DNA of 64,000 bases from Chiloscyllium plagiosum (Eukaryota). Position 1 is the first letter of the stretch. Every line of letters starts with the position of its first letter. A program made the position numbers and the translations under genes. Under the pieces are notes generated by a model. It did no database searches and was not told the DNA's origin. It worked only from the letters and a program-made list of their open reading frames with translations. Positions 38,420 to 50,376 of the stretch are shown here, piece by piece. Location of the stretch: NCBI RefSeq assembly GCF_004010195.1, contig NC_057750.1, forward strand, positions 9,065,642 through 9,129,641, given 5' to 3'.

Positions 38420-39035
38420 CTGTGGTGGCTAAGTGGTTAGCACTGCTGCCTCTTGGTGTCAGGGACCCGGGTTCGATTCCCACCTCGGGCGACTGTCTGC
38501 ATGGTGTTTGCACATTCTCCCCGTGTCTGTCTGGGTGCTCCGGTTTCCTCCCACAGTCCAAAGATGTGCAGGTTAGGGTGGATTGGCCATGCTAAAATGC
38601 CCACAGTGTTTATGGATGTGTAAGTAAGGTGCATTAATCAGGGGTAAACGTAGAGGAATAGGTTTGGGTGGGATACTGTCGAGAGGGTTAGTGTGGACCT
38701 GTTGGGCCGAAGGACCTGTTTCCACACTGAAGGCATTCTTCAAATCTGAAGAGCATTCCATCCAGACCCACCCCATCCCTGTAACCCCTGCATTTCCCAT
38801 GGCTAACCCACCTGGCCTGGACACTATGGGCAACATAGCATGGCCAATTCACCCTAACCTGTACACTACGGGGCAATTTCCCATGGCCAATTCACTTTGC
38901 TTTAACCCCATCCCTGTAACCTTGCTTTTCTCCATGGCTCACCCACCCAGCCTGCACATTCCTGGACACTATGGGCAATTTCCCATGGCCAATCCACCCT
39001 AACCTGCACATCCTTGGATTGTGGGAGGAAACCAG
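38420..39035. mobile_element. Two HE1 SINEs tail-to-tail (about 38420-38730 +, 38740-39035 -)
   Basis: HE1 body on + immediately followed by HE1 3' half on -. Confidence 0.8.
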
Positions 39036-40849
39036 AGAATCTCATTAACTTCCATTAAACTTAAAACCTCCCGCCTCTGCAGTGTATACAACTCTCCCTT
39101 CGTCTCCCTGTCTCCATGTCCTCTTGTACCTTTGTCCCTGTCCCTGGTTATTATTTCCACCCGCTTCCTCTTCCTTGATGCCCATCTTGATCCACTCTAT
39201 TTGAGACATTAAAGATTCGGAAGGAGTTAGATGTTGAGAGGTTGTTTCCCGCGGGGGTGGGGAAAGCTGGGACACAGGACACTGTCTCAGGACAAGGGGC
39301 TGGTCAGTGCAGAATCAGATGAGGATAAATACCTTCACTCAAAGGGCTGTGAGTGTTTGGCAGCCTCTTCCATCAGAGGGCTGGAACGATGCTCCATCGT
39401 TGAATATATTCAAGAAATGGGTCAGACTGAATGTTAGGACTAAAATCAGAAATTGCTGGAAAAGTTCAGCGGGTCTGGCAACATCTGTGGAGAGAAATCA
39501 AGAGGTAACACTTTGGACCTGGTGACCCTTTCTCAGGACTGATGGTAGCTAGGAACATATCAGTTTATAACCAACATTTCTGTCGATTATTGGGATGTTG
39601 GGTCAACGTGGATGAGTTGGACTGAAGGCTCTGTTTCTGTGCTTTATGACTCAGGAAATTGAGGGATTTGGGGAACGGATGGGAAGGTGGGTTTGAAGTC
39701 TAAGATCAGCCATGATCATACTAAATGGCAGAACAGATTCGAGGGGCCGAATGCTCTCCTTTTGCTCTTATTTTGCATGTTTTTGTGTTCTTAACTAGAA
39801 CCTGCGCGTCTCTTTGTCCTTCTCTCCATATCCCACCTGTATCATTCTCACGTTCACTATTATCCTGCCCAGCTCTCCTCCCTTTCTCTGTGTGTTGTAG
39901 CGCTCTCTCTTTGTCAAGGGAATGAAAATGGAATAATGAGAAAGGGGGGGGGGAATGGGGAAGGAAGGATGGGTTTAATGAGTCAAATGGAATAGGGTGG
40001 GATCAGGGTGGTGCTGAACATAAACACCAGCAAGGACCAGTTGGGCCGAAGGGCCTGTGCACAGTGGCTCTGGGGGAGGAACTCTGAACCATGTGACACG
40101 ATGAGGTGCGGGCCGGGGTGAGTTTTAACTCTGAACGTAAGCGGTTAATATATTTTTGCCAGTTTTCCCAGAAGCTACACTCGATTTTCTTTCTCTGCTT
40201 TGCTTTTAAAGCAACAAAGGAGCCTGTTTCCATGGAAATTCTAATTAGCTGAAAGGAGAATTTTTTTTTGTTGAGTGTGTGACTGAATTTTCCGCCTGTG
40301 TTTGTGCAGGCCTCCAGGATGCAGCTTTCAAACTGGCCCTTTTCAATAAAAAAAAGTGACATCACCGGACAGGAATGCCTTCTCTTTCTTTCCCTCTTTT
40401 CATCTTTTCCTTGAGGGTTCAGGCATTTGTCTCTGAGTTCTTCTCCCCCTCATTTCTTCCTCTCCCTGGCTTCACTGAACTCCCACCTCGCGAGGGGAAG
40501 ACAATTTCAGGCGAAAAGAGATTTTTTTTTTAAACACAGGATGTCGGCCAGATGCTGAAAAGGTCAATGGTAACTGCAAACTAACCTCTCCCTCCCTTCT
40601 GGCACACAGCCTGTATCTGATTTTTGAGTTCTCTCTCTCTCTTTCTTTCTCTCTCTCTCTCTCTCTCTCCCTCTCTCTCCCAATTATTAGAAGTCTACAC
40701 CCAGGCTTCCAGCAACGCTGTTGTCAAGTAGGCCGCAAGACGGCATGCTGGGAGATTCTCTGTCCAGAGTACCCTCATAGGCATTGTTATATATGAAAAA
40801 GAAACACTCAAGCTTATATATCGTGTTTGACAAAGTGTCAAATGCTGTT

Positions 40850-41090
40850 GTAAGATGGGAAGTGTAGTAGCCATTTTGTGTACAGCATGATCCCACAAAT
40901 AGTCACGTGATAGCGACTAAAGTTTTTTATCTTATGGTGTTGGTTGATGAGTAAGTGTCTGCCAGGACAGTGGAGCTATCTCCCTTGCTCTTCATACAGT
41001 GCCGTAGGGTATCTGTTAGCTTGCGATGTAGTGTTTTGTCTGGCAACTCTGTTCGATGCACCCTCAGTAACATCAGCCTTGATTCCTGGG
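40850..41090 (-). mobile_element. Highly decayed Deu-domain-like SINE relic (others about 15600-16065 -, 52640-52960 +)
   Basis: gatcccacaaa..tgttggttga..gccaggaca..cttgctctt..agtgccgtagg resembles the recalled AmnSINE1/SacSINE1 core. Confidence 0.45.
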
Positions 41091-41321
41091 CTGGTGGGCC
41101 CGGAAACCGGAAAGGCGTGGAAACGGCGAGTGAATAACTTGTATTTCCTTTTTTAATCCACGTTCCCACCCTGGGGAATTGGACCAGTTCCTCACCTCAG
41201 TCTCTTCCTAGGTTAGTAAATAATGGCTGGCTTTACCGGTGGTGGATTGGTCATGACCTACCTTGGAAGAGTGAGCCATAACCCATTACAAAATCCTACT
41301 GAGACAGCCAACATGAGCAAT

Positions 41322-41650
41322 GGCCTAGCGGGTTTAACCTTGGACTGTTAACCCAGGTAATGGTCTGGAGACCCACATTCAAATCCTGCCAGGTCAGGTG
41401 TTGGAATTTGAATTCAGTGAATATCTGGAATTAAGAGTTTAACGCTGACAATGAAATCATTGTCAGGGGAAAATCCCATCTGGCTCACTAAATGTCCTTT
41501 AGGGAAGGAAACTGCCATCCTTACTTAGTCTGGCCTACATGTGACTCCAGACCCACAGCAATGGGGTTGACTCCTAACTGCCCTCTGGGGAAATTAGGGA
41601 TGGACAATAAATGCTGATCTAGTCAGTGATGCCCACATTGCATGAATCAG
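41322..41650 (+). mobile_element. Near-complete tRNA-derived SINE, family 2 (also about 49720-50010 +, 30165-30295 -)
   Basis: A/B-box-like head (tggcctagcgg..ttcaaatcc), core cctttagggaaggaaactgcc..tctggcctacatgtgactccagacccacagcaat, tail aattagggatggacaataaatgctg. Confidence 0.75.
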
Positions 41651-41844
41651 TTTAAAAACAAACAAAACTAAAAGAATTATTTGCCTGACTTATTATGAGT
41701 CAGGACAAAAGCAATTCGCACCAGCTTTCATTTATAAAAATTACAAATTATTGTATCCCTCTTAACAAGAGTAATATAAAGAAAAAAATTTCAACTCTAC
41801 CTCTTCAAAACCCTCAAAATTCACATACACGCACTGAACCACGT

Positions 41845-42720
41845 AGTCATACAGCATGGAAACAGACCCTTCGGCCCAACAGGCCCATGCTGAACATAAT
41901 CCCAAACTAAAGAGCGTCATGGTGGATTATTGGTTAGCACTGCTGCCTCACAGCACCAGGGTCCCAGGTTTGATTCCAGCCTCGGGCGACTGTCTGTGTG
42001 GTGTTCGCACATTCTCCCTGTGTCTGTGTGGGTTTCCTCCCACAGTCCAAAGATGTGCAGGTTAGGTGGATTGGCCGTGCTAAATTGCCCCATAGTGTTA
42101 GGTGCATTAGTCAGAGGGAAATGGGTCTGGGTGGGTTACTCTTCGGAGGGTGGGTGTGGACTTGTTGGGCCGAAGGGTCTGTTTCCACACTGTAGGGAAT
42201 CTAATCTAAACTAGTCCCACCTGCCTGCTCCTGGGCCATATCTCTCTAAACCTCTCCTATTCATGTACTTATCCAAATGTCTTTTAAATGTTGTAACTGT
42301 ACCCACATCCACCACTTCCTCAGGAAGTTCATTCCACACATGAACCACCGTCTGTATAAAAAAAAAATACCCCTTGTGTGTTTTTTTTTTAATCTGTCTC
42401 CTCTCACCTTAAAAATGTGCCCCCCCCCCACCGTCTTAAAATCGCCCAGCCTTGGGGAAAAAAACACCTACCATTATCTCTATCTGTACTGGGTATAGGT
42501 TTGCTCGCTCAACCTGAGCTACAAATCTTCTCAAGACTCGCTCTATCTATACCCTTCGATATTTTATAAATTTCTATCAGATCACCTCTCAGCCTCCGAC
42601 TTTCCAGGGAAAAAAGGTCCCAGTCTATCCATCCTCTCCTCATGACTCAAATCCTCCATCGCTGGCAACTTCCTGGTAAATCTCTTCTGAACCCTTTCCA
42701 CCTTAATAATATCCTTCCTG
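41845..42720 (-). mobile_element. CR1-type LINE 3' fragment interrupted by HE1 (about 41915-42210, +) and a Penelope micro-insertion (42490-42540)
   Basis: CR1 tail gtcatacagcatggaaacagacccttcggccc; HE1 flanked by aatcccaaacta / aatctaaacta. Confidence 0.85.
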
Positions 42721-43279
42721 TGATTAAGACAGATGGTTTAGCACACATATTATGAATGAAAAATGAACATAGATAAGGTAAGCAAAAATTCTAAAGATCG
42801 AAAGTTCAGACCACTGGTAGAAAGCTAATTGTCCCACAATCCTTTGGATTTTTGCGAAGTTGTCATGCTGTTGACTGCCATGTGATGGTCACCCTTTGAT
42901 TTGATGGTTGATCAAATAAACTTATCTTGTGTGAATTCTTTCTTTTAAGTTTACTTGGATTTTTTTCTTGGCCTTTTCTCCACATGGAGGCAAAGAGAGA
43001 GAGAGAGAAAAACAGGGAGAGATGGATTCTTTTCTGTTTGCAATCTCTTCCAGTCTACTGCTGTTGGTACCTTCAGCTGAACCAATCTGAGGCAGAATTT
43101 CTGGATAGTCAATGTACAGACTTGTATATAGGAAAAATTAATCTCAATATCTGTATCTAAAACAATGTAATGTGTGCATAAGAATGGCATGACCAATTGT
43201 ATAGAGATCCAAATAATTTTATGAAAAAAGTATATTTTTGAAATTAAAAAAAATCTGAGGATGGTTTCCAAGCAGAGTT

Positions 43280-44690
43280 TAGAGTCATAGAGATGTACAG
43301 CATAGAAACAGACCCTTCGGTCCAACCTGTCTATGCCGACCAGATATCCCAACCCAATCTAGTCCCACCTGCCAGCACCCGGCCCATATCCATCCAAACC
43401 CTTCCTATTCATGTACCCATCCAAATGCCTTTTAAATGTTGTAATTGTACCAGCCTCCACCACTTCCTCTGGCAGCTCATTCCATACACGCACCACCCTC
43501 TGTGTGAAAAAGTTGCCCTTTAGGTCCCTTTTATATCTTTCTCCTCTCACCCTAAACCGATGCCCTCGAGAGCTGGACTCCCCCACCCCAGGGAAAAGAC
43601 CTTGACTATTTACACTATCCATGCCCCTCATGATTTTATAAACATCTACAAGGTGACCCCTCAGCCTCCAATGCTCCAGGGAAAATCCTCAATTATCTGG
43701 ATAATCAGATATCCTCAATTAATCTTAGTCTCATTTGCCAACATTTGGCCCATATCCCTTTTACCCCTTCCTATTCATGTGCCCATCCAGATGCCTCTTA
43801 AATGTTGCAATTGTACCAGCCTCCACCACTTCCTCTGGCAGCTCATTCCATATACGCACCCCCTCTGCATGAAAAAGTTGCACTTAGGTCCCTTCTAAAT
43901 CTTTCCCCACTCAATCTAAACCCAGGACTCCCCCACCCCAGGAAAAAGACCTTGAGTATCCATGCCCCTCATGATATTATAAACCTCTCTAAGGTCACCC
44001 TTCAGCTTCTGACACAGGAAAATAGCCCCAGCGTATTCAGCCTTTCCCTATAGCTCAAACCCTCCAATCCTGGCAACATCCTTGCAAATCTTTTCTGAAC
44101 CCTCTCAAGTTTTACAACATTCTTCCTGTAGCAGGGAGACCAGAATTGCACACAGTATTCCAAAAGTTGCCTCACCAATGTTGTGGTCATCTTATCTGAG
44201 GGAGGATGTTCTGGCGATGGAGGGAGTGGAGTGCAGCTTTATCAGACTGAATCCTGGGATGACGGGACTGAGGTATGATGGGAGACTGGATCGGTTAGGG
44301 CTAGTTTCCCTGGAATTTCGAAGAATGAGGAGGTCTCATAAAACCCTATAAAATTGTAACAGGGCTAGACAGGATAAACACAGGAAGGATGTTCCCTGAT
44401 GAATGGGGGGTCTAGAACCAGGGAGATCACAGCCTAAGGAAAACAGCGTTGGCCATTTTGGAATGAGATGAGGGGAAATGTCTTCACCCAGAGAGTGGGG
44501 GAGCCTGTGGAATTCTCTGCCAAAGCAAATGGTTGAGACCAAAACATTGAATGTTTTCAAGAAGGAGTTCGATTGAGTTCTTAGAGCTGAAGGGATCGGA
44601 GTATGGGGGTGAAAGTAGGACCAAGGGACTGAGTTGGATGATCAGCCATATTGAATGGTTGAGCAGGCTCGAAGGGCTGAATGGCCTGCT
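43280..44690. mobile_element. Two tandem CR1/HER1 fragments (-, about 43280-44180) and an older CR1 (+, about 44185-44690)
   Basis: FFTQRVVRVWNELPEEVVEAG, LLEYCVQFWSPCYRK. Confidence 0.85.
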
Positions 44691-44856
44691 AATGAAAGAT
44701 GTTGAGACATGAAGACACAAGCTTTGAGATAATTCTCAAGAAGGATAATGTTGAGAAGTAGGCAAGTAAGTGTTAAACTTGTACCCAACCCTTGTTAGAT
44801 CATACTTGAAGCAGTGTTCTTTTGAAAACTGGGCATCTCTCACTATTGCACTAATG

Positions 44857-45015
44857 TGGAGGAGCCGGTGTTGGACTGGGGTGGACAAAGTTAAAAAAAA
44901 TCACACAACACCAGGTTTATTTGGAAGCACTAGCTTTCGGAGCGCTGCTCCTTCGTGAGGTCGCTAGCTAAATAAACCTGTTGGACTATAACCTGGCGTT
45001 GTGTGATCTACAACC
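44857..45015 (-). mobile_element. Penelope-derived micro-element (family B), hairpin, 14-bp TSD with one mismatch
   Basis: ctattgcact(a/g)atg at 44843-44856 and 45016-45029; inverted arms tcacacaacaccaggtt / aacctggcgttgtgtga. Confidence 0.7.
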
Positions 45016-45346
45016 CTATTGCACTGATGACATCTTTAATCAACTGAGCTGCATCATCATCACCTTTCTTTTCAATTTGTTCAATCTCCCTCAATATTTA
45101 TGGTCACCACGAAAGCAGAAAAAAACCCAGGAAACAACAGTTCATTGAATTTATTTCAGGCTGCGTTGGATAGGAGTTTGACAGATAAATATCTGTCATG
45201 GCATGGTGGCTCAGTGGTTAGCACTGCTACCTCAAAGCGCCAGGGACTAGAGTTTGATTCCACGCTCGGGTGACTGTGTGGTGTTTGCATATTCTCCCCC
45301 CGTGTCTGCCTCCGGATGCTCCAGTTTCCTCCCGCAGTCCAAAGAT

Positions 45347-45533
45347 AAAAATCACCCAACACCAGGTTTTAGTCCAACAGGTTTAATTGGAAGCACTAGC
45401 TTTCGGAGTGCTGATGAAGGAGATGTGCTCTGAAAGTTAGTGCTTCCAAATAAACCTGTTGGACTACAACCTGGTGTTGTGTGATTTTTAACTTTGTCCA
45501 CCCCAGTCCAACACCGGCATCTCCAAATCATGA
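45347..45533 (+). mobile_element. Penelope-derived micro-element (family B) inside an HE1 SINE (about 45198-45730), 12-bp TSD, hammerhead-like core
   Basis: cagtccaaagat at 45335-45346 and 45534-45545; about 60-bp inverted arms; CTGATGA-a-ggag..ctct-GAAA at 45411-45435. Confidence 0.78.
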
Positions 45534-46350
45534 CAGTCCAAAGATGTACAGGTTAGGGTGGCTTGGCCATGTTAAATTGCCCTGTAGGGTCCAGGGATGT
45601 GCAGGTGAGATGGGTTAGCCATAGGGAATGCAAGGTTACAGGGTTGGGTGTGGATTCGAGTTGCTCTTCAGAGGATCGGTGTGGACTTGATGGGCTGAAT
45701 GGCCTGCTTCCACACCGGAGGGATTCTATGGGATATTGCAGGAATTTAATCAAACCCACAACCAGCTACCTTCTGAAAGGTAGCAGCAGGCTAAAAGGGC
45801 AGAATGGTCTGTTTGTGTCATGTTGATCAGGTGAGATGAAAGATTATCATGGAGGAGTGGATGTAGGCTATTCAACCCATCAAGTCTGCTGTCCTATTTG
45901 GTGAGGTCATGACTTATCTTATCATCCTCAATTCCATTTTCCTATATTGCCCCATTAGCCCCAATCCTCTTGCTGGTTATACGAGTGGAGGGAGGCCAAT
46001 ATGGTGGGTAGGCTGCAGCATGAACACTAGAACAGCTGAATGGCCTGCGTCTGTGATGAAGCCTGGACAACCAGCGTGAACGAGGTGTCCACTCGGAGTC
46101 TGTGAGGGAGAGGAACGATTCTGGCTAATTCCTCTGCCTTTGATGTCTTAAGGGAGCTGCACCCATTCTGTAGTGGAGTTACACTCATCAACACGGAGGG
46201 AGGGGAGGGGAGGGAGGGGAGTGATGTAGAGTAAGAGATTACTGATTGTAAACTGGTGAATAAGTAAATTCTGAACAGGAGCTAGCGTGGGGGGTGGGGA
46301 GGGAGGTTTGAGAATGGGTGAACTGTGAATGTTGCGTTGCCTGTTAGAGA

Positions 46351-46469
46351 GCATCCAAAGAACAGGAGAACCGACGTTTCGGGCATAAGCCCTTCTTCAG
46401 GACCTGCTGCGCTTTTCCAGCAACACATTTTCAGCTCTGATCTCCAGCATCTGCAGTCCTCACTTTCTT
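46351..46469 (+). mobile_element. Penelope-derived micro-element (family A), inverted 5' segment, 14-bp TSD
   Basis: ttgcctgttagaga at 46337-46350 and 46470-46483; antisense hammerhead motif gacgtttcgggcataagcccttcttcag. Confidence 0.8.
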
Positions 46470-48279
46470 TTGCCTGTTAGAGACACAACTGTATGAGAAT
46501 ACATGAGGTAATTGTAGCAACACCCTCCACATCTGCTCCTGACCCAACGACAGCCACAGGATTTGTAACTTGATCGGAGTTTGTGGGAAAAGTTTGCACA
46601 CAGTGTGTTTGTGGTTTGTTCTGGGGCTGTCTTGTCATTGCCTGGACTGCTGATTCACCTTTAACCCTTTCCTGCCTCAGCCTGAGTGTGAAGGAATGCA
46701 GCCTTTACCTCTGGTTTCTCAGTACCCCCACCCGCCCCCAAACCTCACAGCTTTGCCACCTTGGGTTCTCTCTCTCTGTCCAACTTCTCCATCAAGCCCC
46801 AATCCCTCGATCCTCTCTCCCCATTTCCCCTCTTCCATATTTCCCTCATCTCCATTTTCATCCCCCCCCCATCCTCCTCCACCATTTTCCCCACCGGCCC
46901 CCTCACCCCTCATCCCTCTCCCCTTTCCTCTTCCATATTCCCCTCCAATTTCACCTCCATTCCCTTTCTCCCCTCACACCTCCTCCAGTCCCGCAGTCCC
47001 CTGGAGATTTCCATACTTCTCCTCCCTATCCCTGTAACCTCCTCCAGTTCCATATCACCCAGAGAGTTCCACACTCCTCCTATCTCTGTAACCTCCTCCA
47101 GTCCCGCAGTCCCCCAGAGATTTCCACACTCCTCCTCCCTATCTCTGTAACCTCCTCCAGTCCCCTAGCCCCAGTCGTTCGCCCACATCCCTGCTGCCTC
47201 CATTGGGTGCTATGACTCTGCAATCCCATCCTGCCAGTCTCCTCCTCGCTGTCCCTCACCTTCCACTCCCTCAGACCTCCCCCCTTTGGCAAGGCGCTGA
47301 CCACCTCCAGTGTTCCCTTGGTGTATTCTGCTGTAGCACCGGATCCTGAACGTGGGAGCCAGTGCACCAGCCCCGATCAAGGTGTGTGGAATCTCGGAGT
47401 GACCGCGGCTCCGTGGGGGAATGTTCACCATCCGACAGAAAATCCTAGCCATGCCTGGCTGTCTGCATCCTTTTGCACCATCCCCTGAATGGGGGTGGGG
47501 TTAGCTCAGTGGGCTGGATGGCCAGTTTGTGATGTAGCAGGACACCAAGAGTGTGGGTTCAATTCCCACCTGGGCCGAAGCTTCTCTCCTTCTAGATCTC
47601 TCCCCTCACCTGAGGCTGGAATCAAACCTGAGCCCCTGACTGTGTGAGGTAACTGTGCTAACCACAGAGATAGTGAGAGTGAAACAATGACCAATTGAGA
47701 TCGCGTCTCTTAGGGTCATGGTCACTTTTCTGATGTTGTTGAGGGACAGTTCACTGTCCTCAAAGGTGCTATTCAAATTGAGGCTGTTGCTGTGGAAATG
47801 CTGGCACTGAAGTTGACTGGGAGTGCATCATTCTCTTGTCTTTACTGTGGAGGGGACATGTACAGGTGCTGACCCCCAGGCTCTGTAGGAAACCATTCCT
47901 TGGCTGCTTCCTATGCATGGCATTTTGTTCACACTGACTCTCAACCTCGCCCCTTCTCGGTTGCTCAGACGTCCTGCTCTGCAGACCAGCTTTATCCCTT
48001 TATTAATTCCTTTGCAGTTATCGCATCCCAAGGGGCCTGTTGTTTTGATGTTCCCTTTAAGTGTGGAGCTGTGCCTGAGGGCTCCAGTGCGCCTCTGCTG
48101 CCTGACGTGAGATTTAGTGGCCCGCGACTCATTCCCGCCTGGAGCTGTCTGACAGGGCCGTCAGAGAATGATGTCACTGAGGCCTCTGTGAAATGCCTGG
48201 GTCAGTAAAGGCAACCCAGAGCCAGAAGGAAATAATGAGGGGAAATGTACTTCCCAGTCAACTCAGCTCACACACACAG

Positions 48280-48597
48280 GGGCAACACGGTGGTTATTAC
48301 TGCTGCCTCACAGTGTCAAAGGGGCCTGGGTTCGATTCCACCCTTGGGTGACTGTCTGTGTGGAGTTTGCTCATTCTCCCTGTGTCTGCGTGGGATTCCT
48401 CCGGATGCTCCAGTTTCCTCCCACAATCCAAAGGTTAGGGTGGATTGGCCGTGCTAAGTTGCCCGTAGTGTCCAGGGATGTGCAGGCTGGGTGGGTGAAC
48501 TATGGGAAAATGCAGGGGTTACAGGGATGGGGTAGGGAGGTGGCTCGCTCTTCAGAGCGTTGGTATGGGTTCAATGCTCCCGCACTGTAGGGATTCG
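48280..48597 (+). mobile_element. HE1-type SINE
   Basis: tactgctgcctcacag..gggttcgattcc..gtgtctgcgtgggattcctccgg..cactgtagggattc. Confidence 0.85.
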
Positions 48598-49038
48598 ATA
48601 CACTCTTGTATTATCGTTGTGCAGAAACACTTTCCTCTGTCTTTTTCTACTCCATCTGTCTTTATAACACCTACCCTCTCTCTCTCTCAATCCAATCTCT
48701 TCCACCTCTCCCTGAGTCTGTCTCCACCTAGCTTTTCTTTCCCACTCTGTCTCATCCCCCACTCCCGACCTCTCCCCTCTCCGTCTCTCTCACCAATTCC
48801 CCTTGTCTCCTTCTCCCACCCCGCTACTTACTCTGTATATTTGTGCCTCTCTTTGTGTCAGTGCACCCGGTCCATTCTCTCCCTCTCCCACTCACACTCT
48901 CACTTGTTGAATTTCCTACCTGACGTGACGGGGCCTAGTCTCTGTGCAGAATGGACAAAGAAAAATCAGAAATATCTGGCAGGTTCTCTGTGGTGAGTTC
49001 CCCTGATCAGTCCTCACTGACCTCTAAGCAGCATCCCA

Positions 49039-49385
49039 TAATTTAGCACGGCCAATCCACCCTAACCTGCACATCCCTGAACACTATGGGGTAATTTAGC
49101 ATGGCCAATCCACCCTAACCTACACATCCCTGAACACTATGGGGTAATTTAGCATGGCCAATCCACCCTAACCTACACATCCCTGAACACTATGGGGTAA
49201 TTTAGCATGGCCAATCCACCCTAACCTACACATCCCTGAACACTATGGGGGAATTTAGCATGGCCAATCCACCCTAACCTGCACATCCCTGAACACTATG
49301 GGGCAATTTAGCACGGCCAATCCACCCTAACCTACACATCCCTGAACACTATGGGCAGTCTAGCATGGCCAGTCCACCCTAAATG
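49039..49385 (-). repeat. 53-bp tandem array (about 6.5 copies) made of the HE1 internal segment, within an HE1 copy ending about 49530
   Basis: Unit aatttagcatggccaatccaccctaacctacacatccctgaacactatggggt. Confidence 0.92.
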
Positions 49386-50376
49386 CACATCTTCGGACTG
49401 TGGGAGGACACTGGAGCTCCCGGTGGAAACCCGCACAGACGCAGGGAGAATTACAAACTCCACACAGACAGTCGCCCGAGGGTGAGGCAGCAGTGCCTCA
49501 CCCTCGGGCACCACTGAGCCACTGTGCTGCCCATATTGTCAAACAGCACCTGGGTTCACAGACTGGGTGGATGTGTAGAGGTGATCTAGAGAGGCCAGGA
49601 GCCTGGAGTGGGACAGACAAGGATAAGAGAGCAGTACGTTTGGAGAATACAGATGCAGCTGCCCTGTTAGGTTCAGCAATTCACCTTGACACCCGCCTAC
49701 AGGCTTGCCGTCTAGAGGCCCTGGGTTAATGCTCTGGCGAGCCTGGGTTCAGATCCCAGCACGGCACCTGGTGGGATTTAAATTCAATTCCTGAAAGATT
49801 CTGGTGTCAATGAGGGTAACCATGACAACGAGCAGCGATTGTCAAAAACTAATGGTTTGCTAACATCCTTTAGAGAAGGAAATCTGCTGTCTGTACCCAA
49901 TCTGGCCTAAACATGACTCAACGTACACAGCCAGGGGGCTAACTCTTATCTGTCCTCTGTCATGGTCTGAGTAAACCATTCAGTTCAAAGGTCATGCCAA
50001 CATCCCAAGATAGAAAGTCATCAGGTTGATTAGGGCGGGTGGTGTGATTTCTACTGACCCAGACGGAGAATCAAAATGGTTAAGAACTAATTTCCACACA
50101 CATTCCATTCAACTTACGACAAGCCCTTCAGCTCAACGTGTCTGTGCTGGTGGTCACACTCCACACGATGCTCCTGCGACCTCTCTCACTGAGTATTTTG
50201 TTTCCCAGACCGGGAATTGTTAACGAGAGCAGGTAACCGATGCTTTGTGTTTTTCATTTGTTAGGAAAAGTGCAAGAACACCAAATTTCAAATGATCGCA
50301 GCAACATACACCACAGGAGGAGATGGTGCTGATTGACCAAAGCATTGCCATTGACAAAGTACCACTGACCGCCTGA

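Noticed and set aside
46583..47215. 210-aa Pro/Ser-rich ORF
   Set aside because: C/T-rich low complexity plus a short 55-60 bp triple repeat (about 46978-47165); no domain signal.
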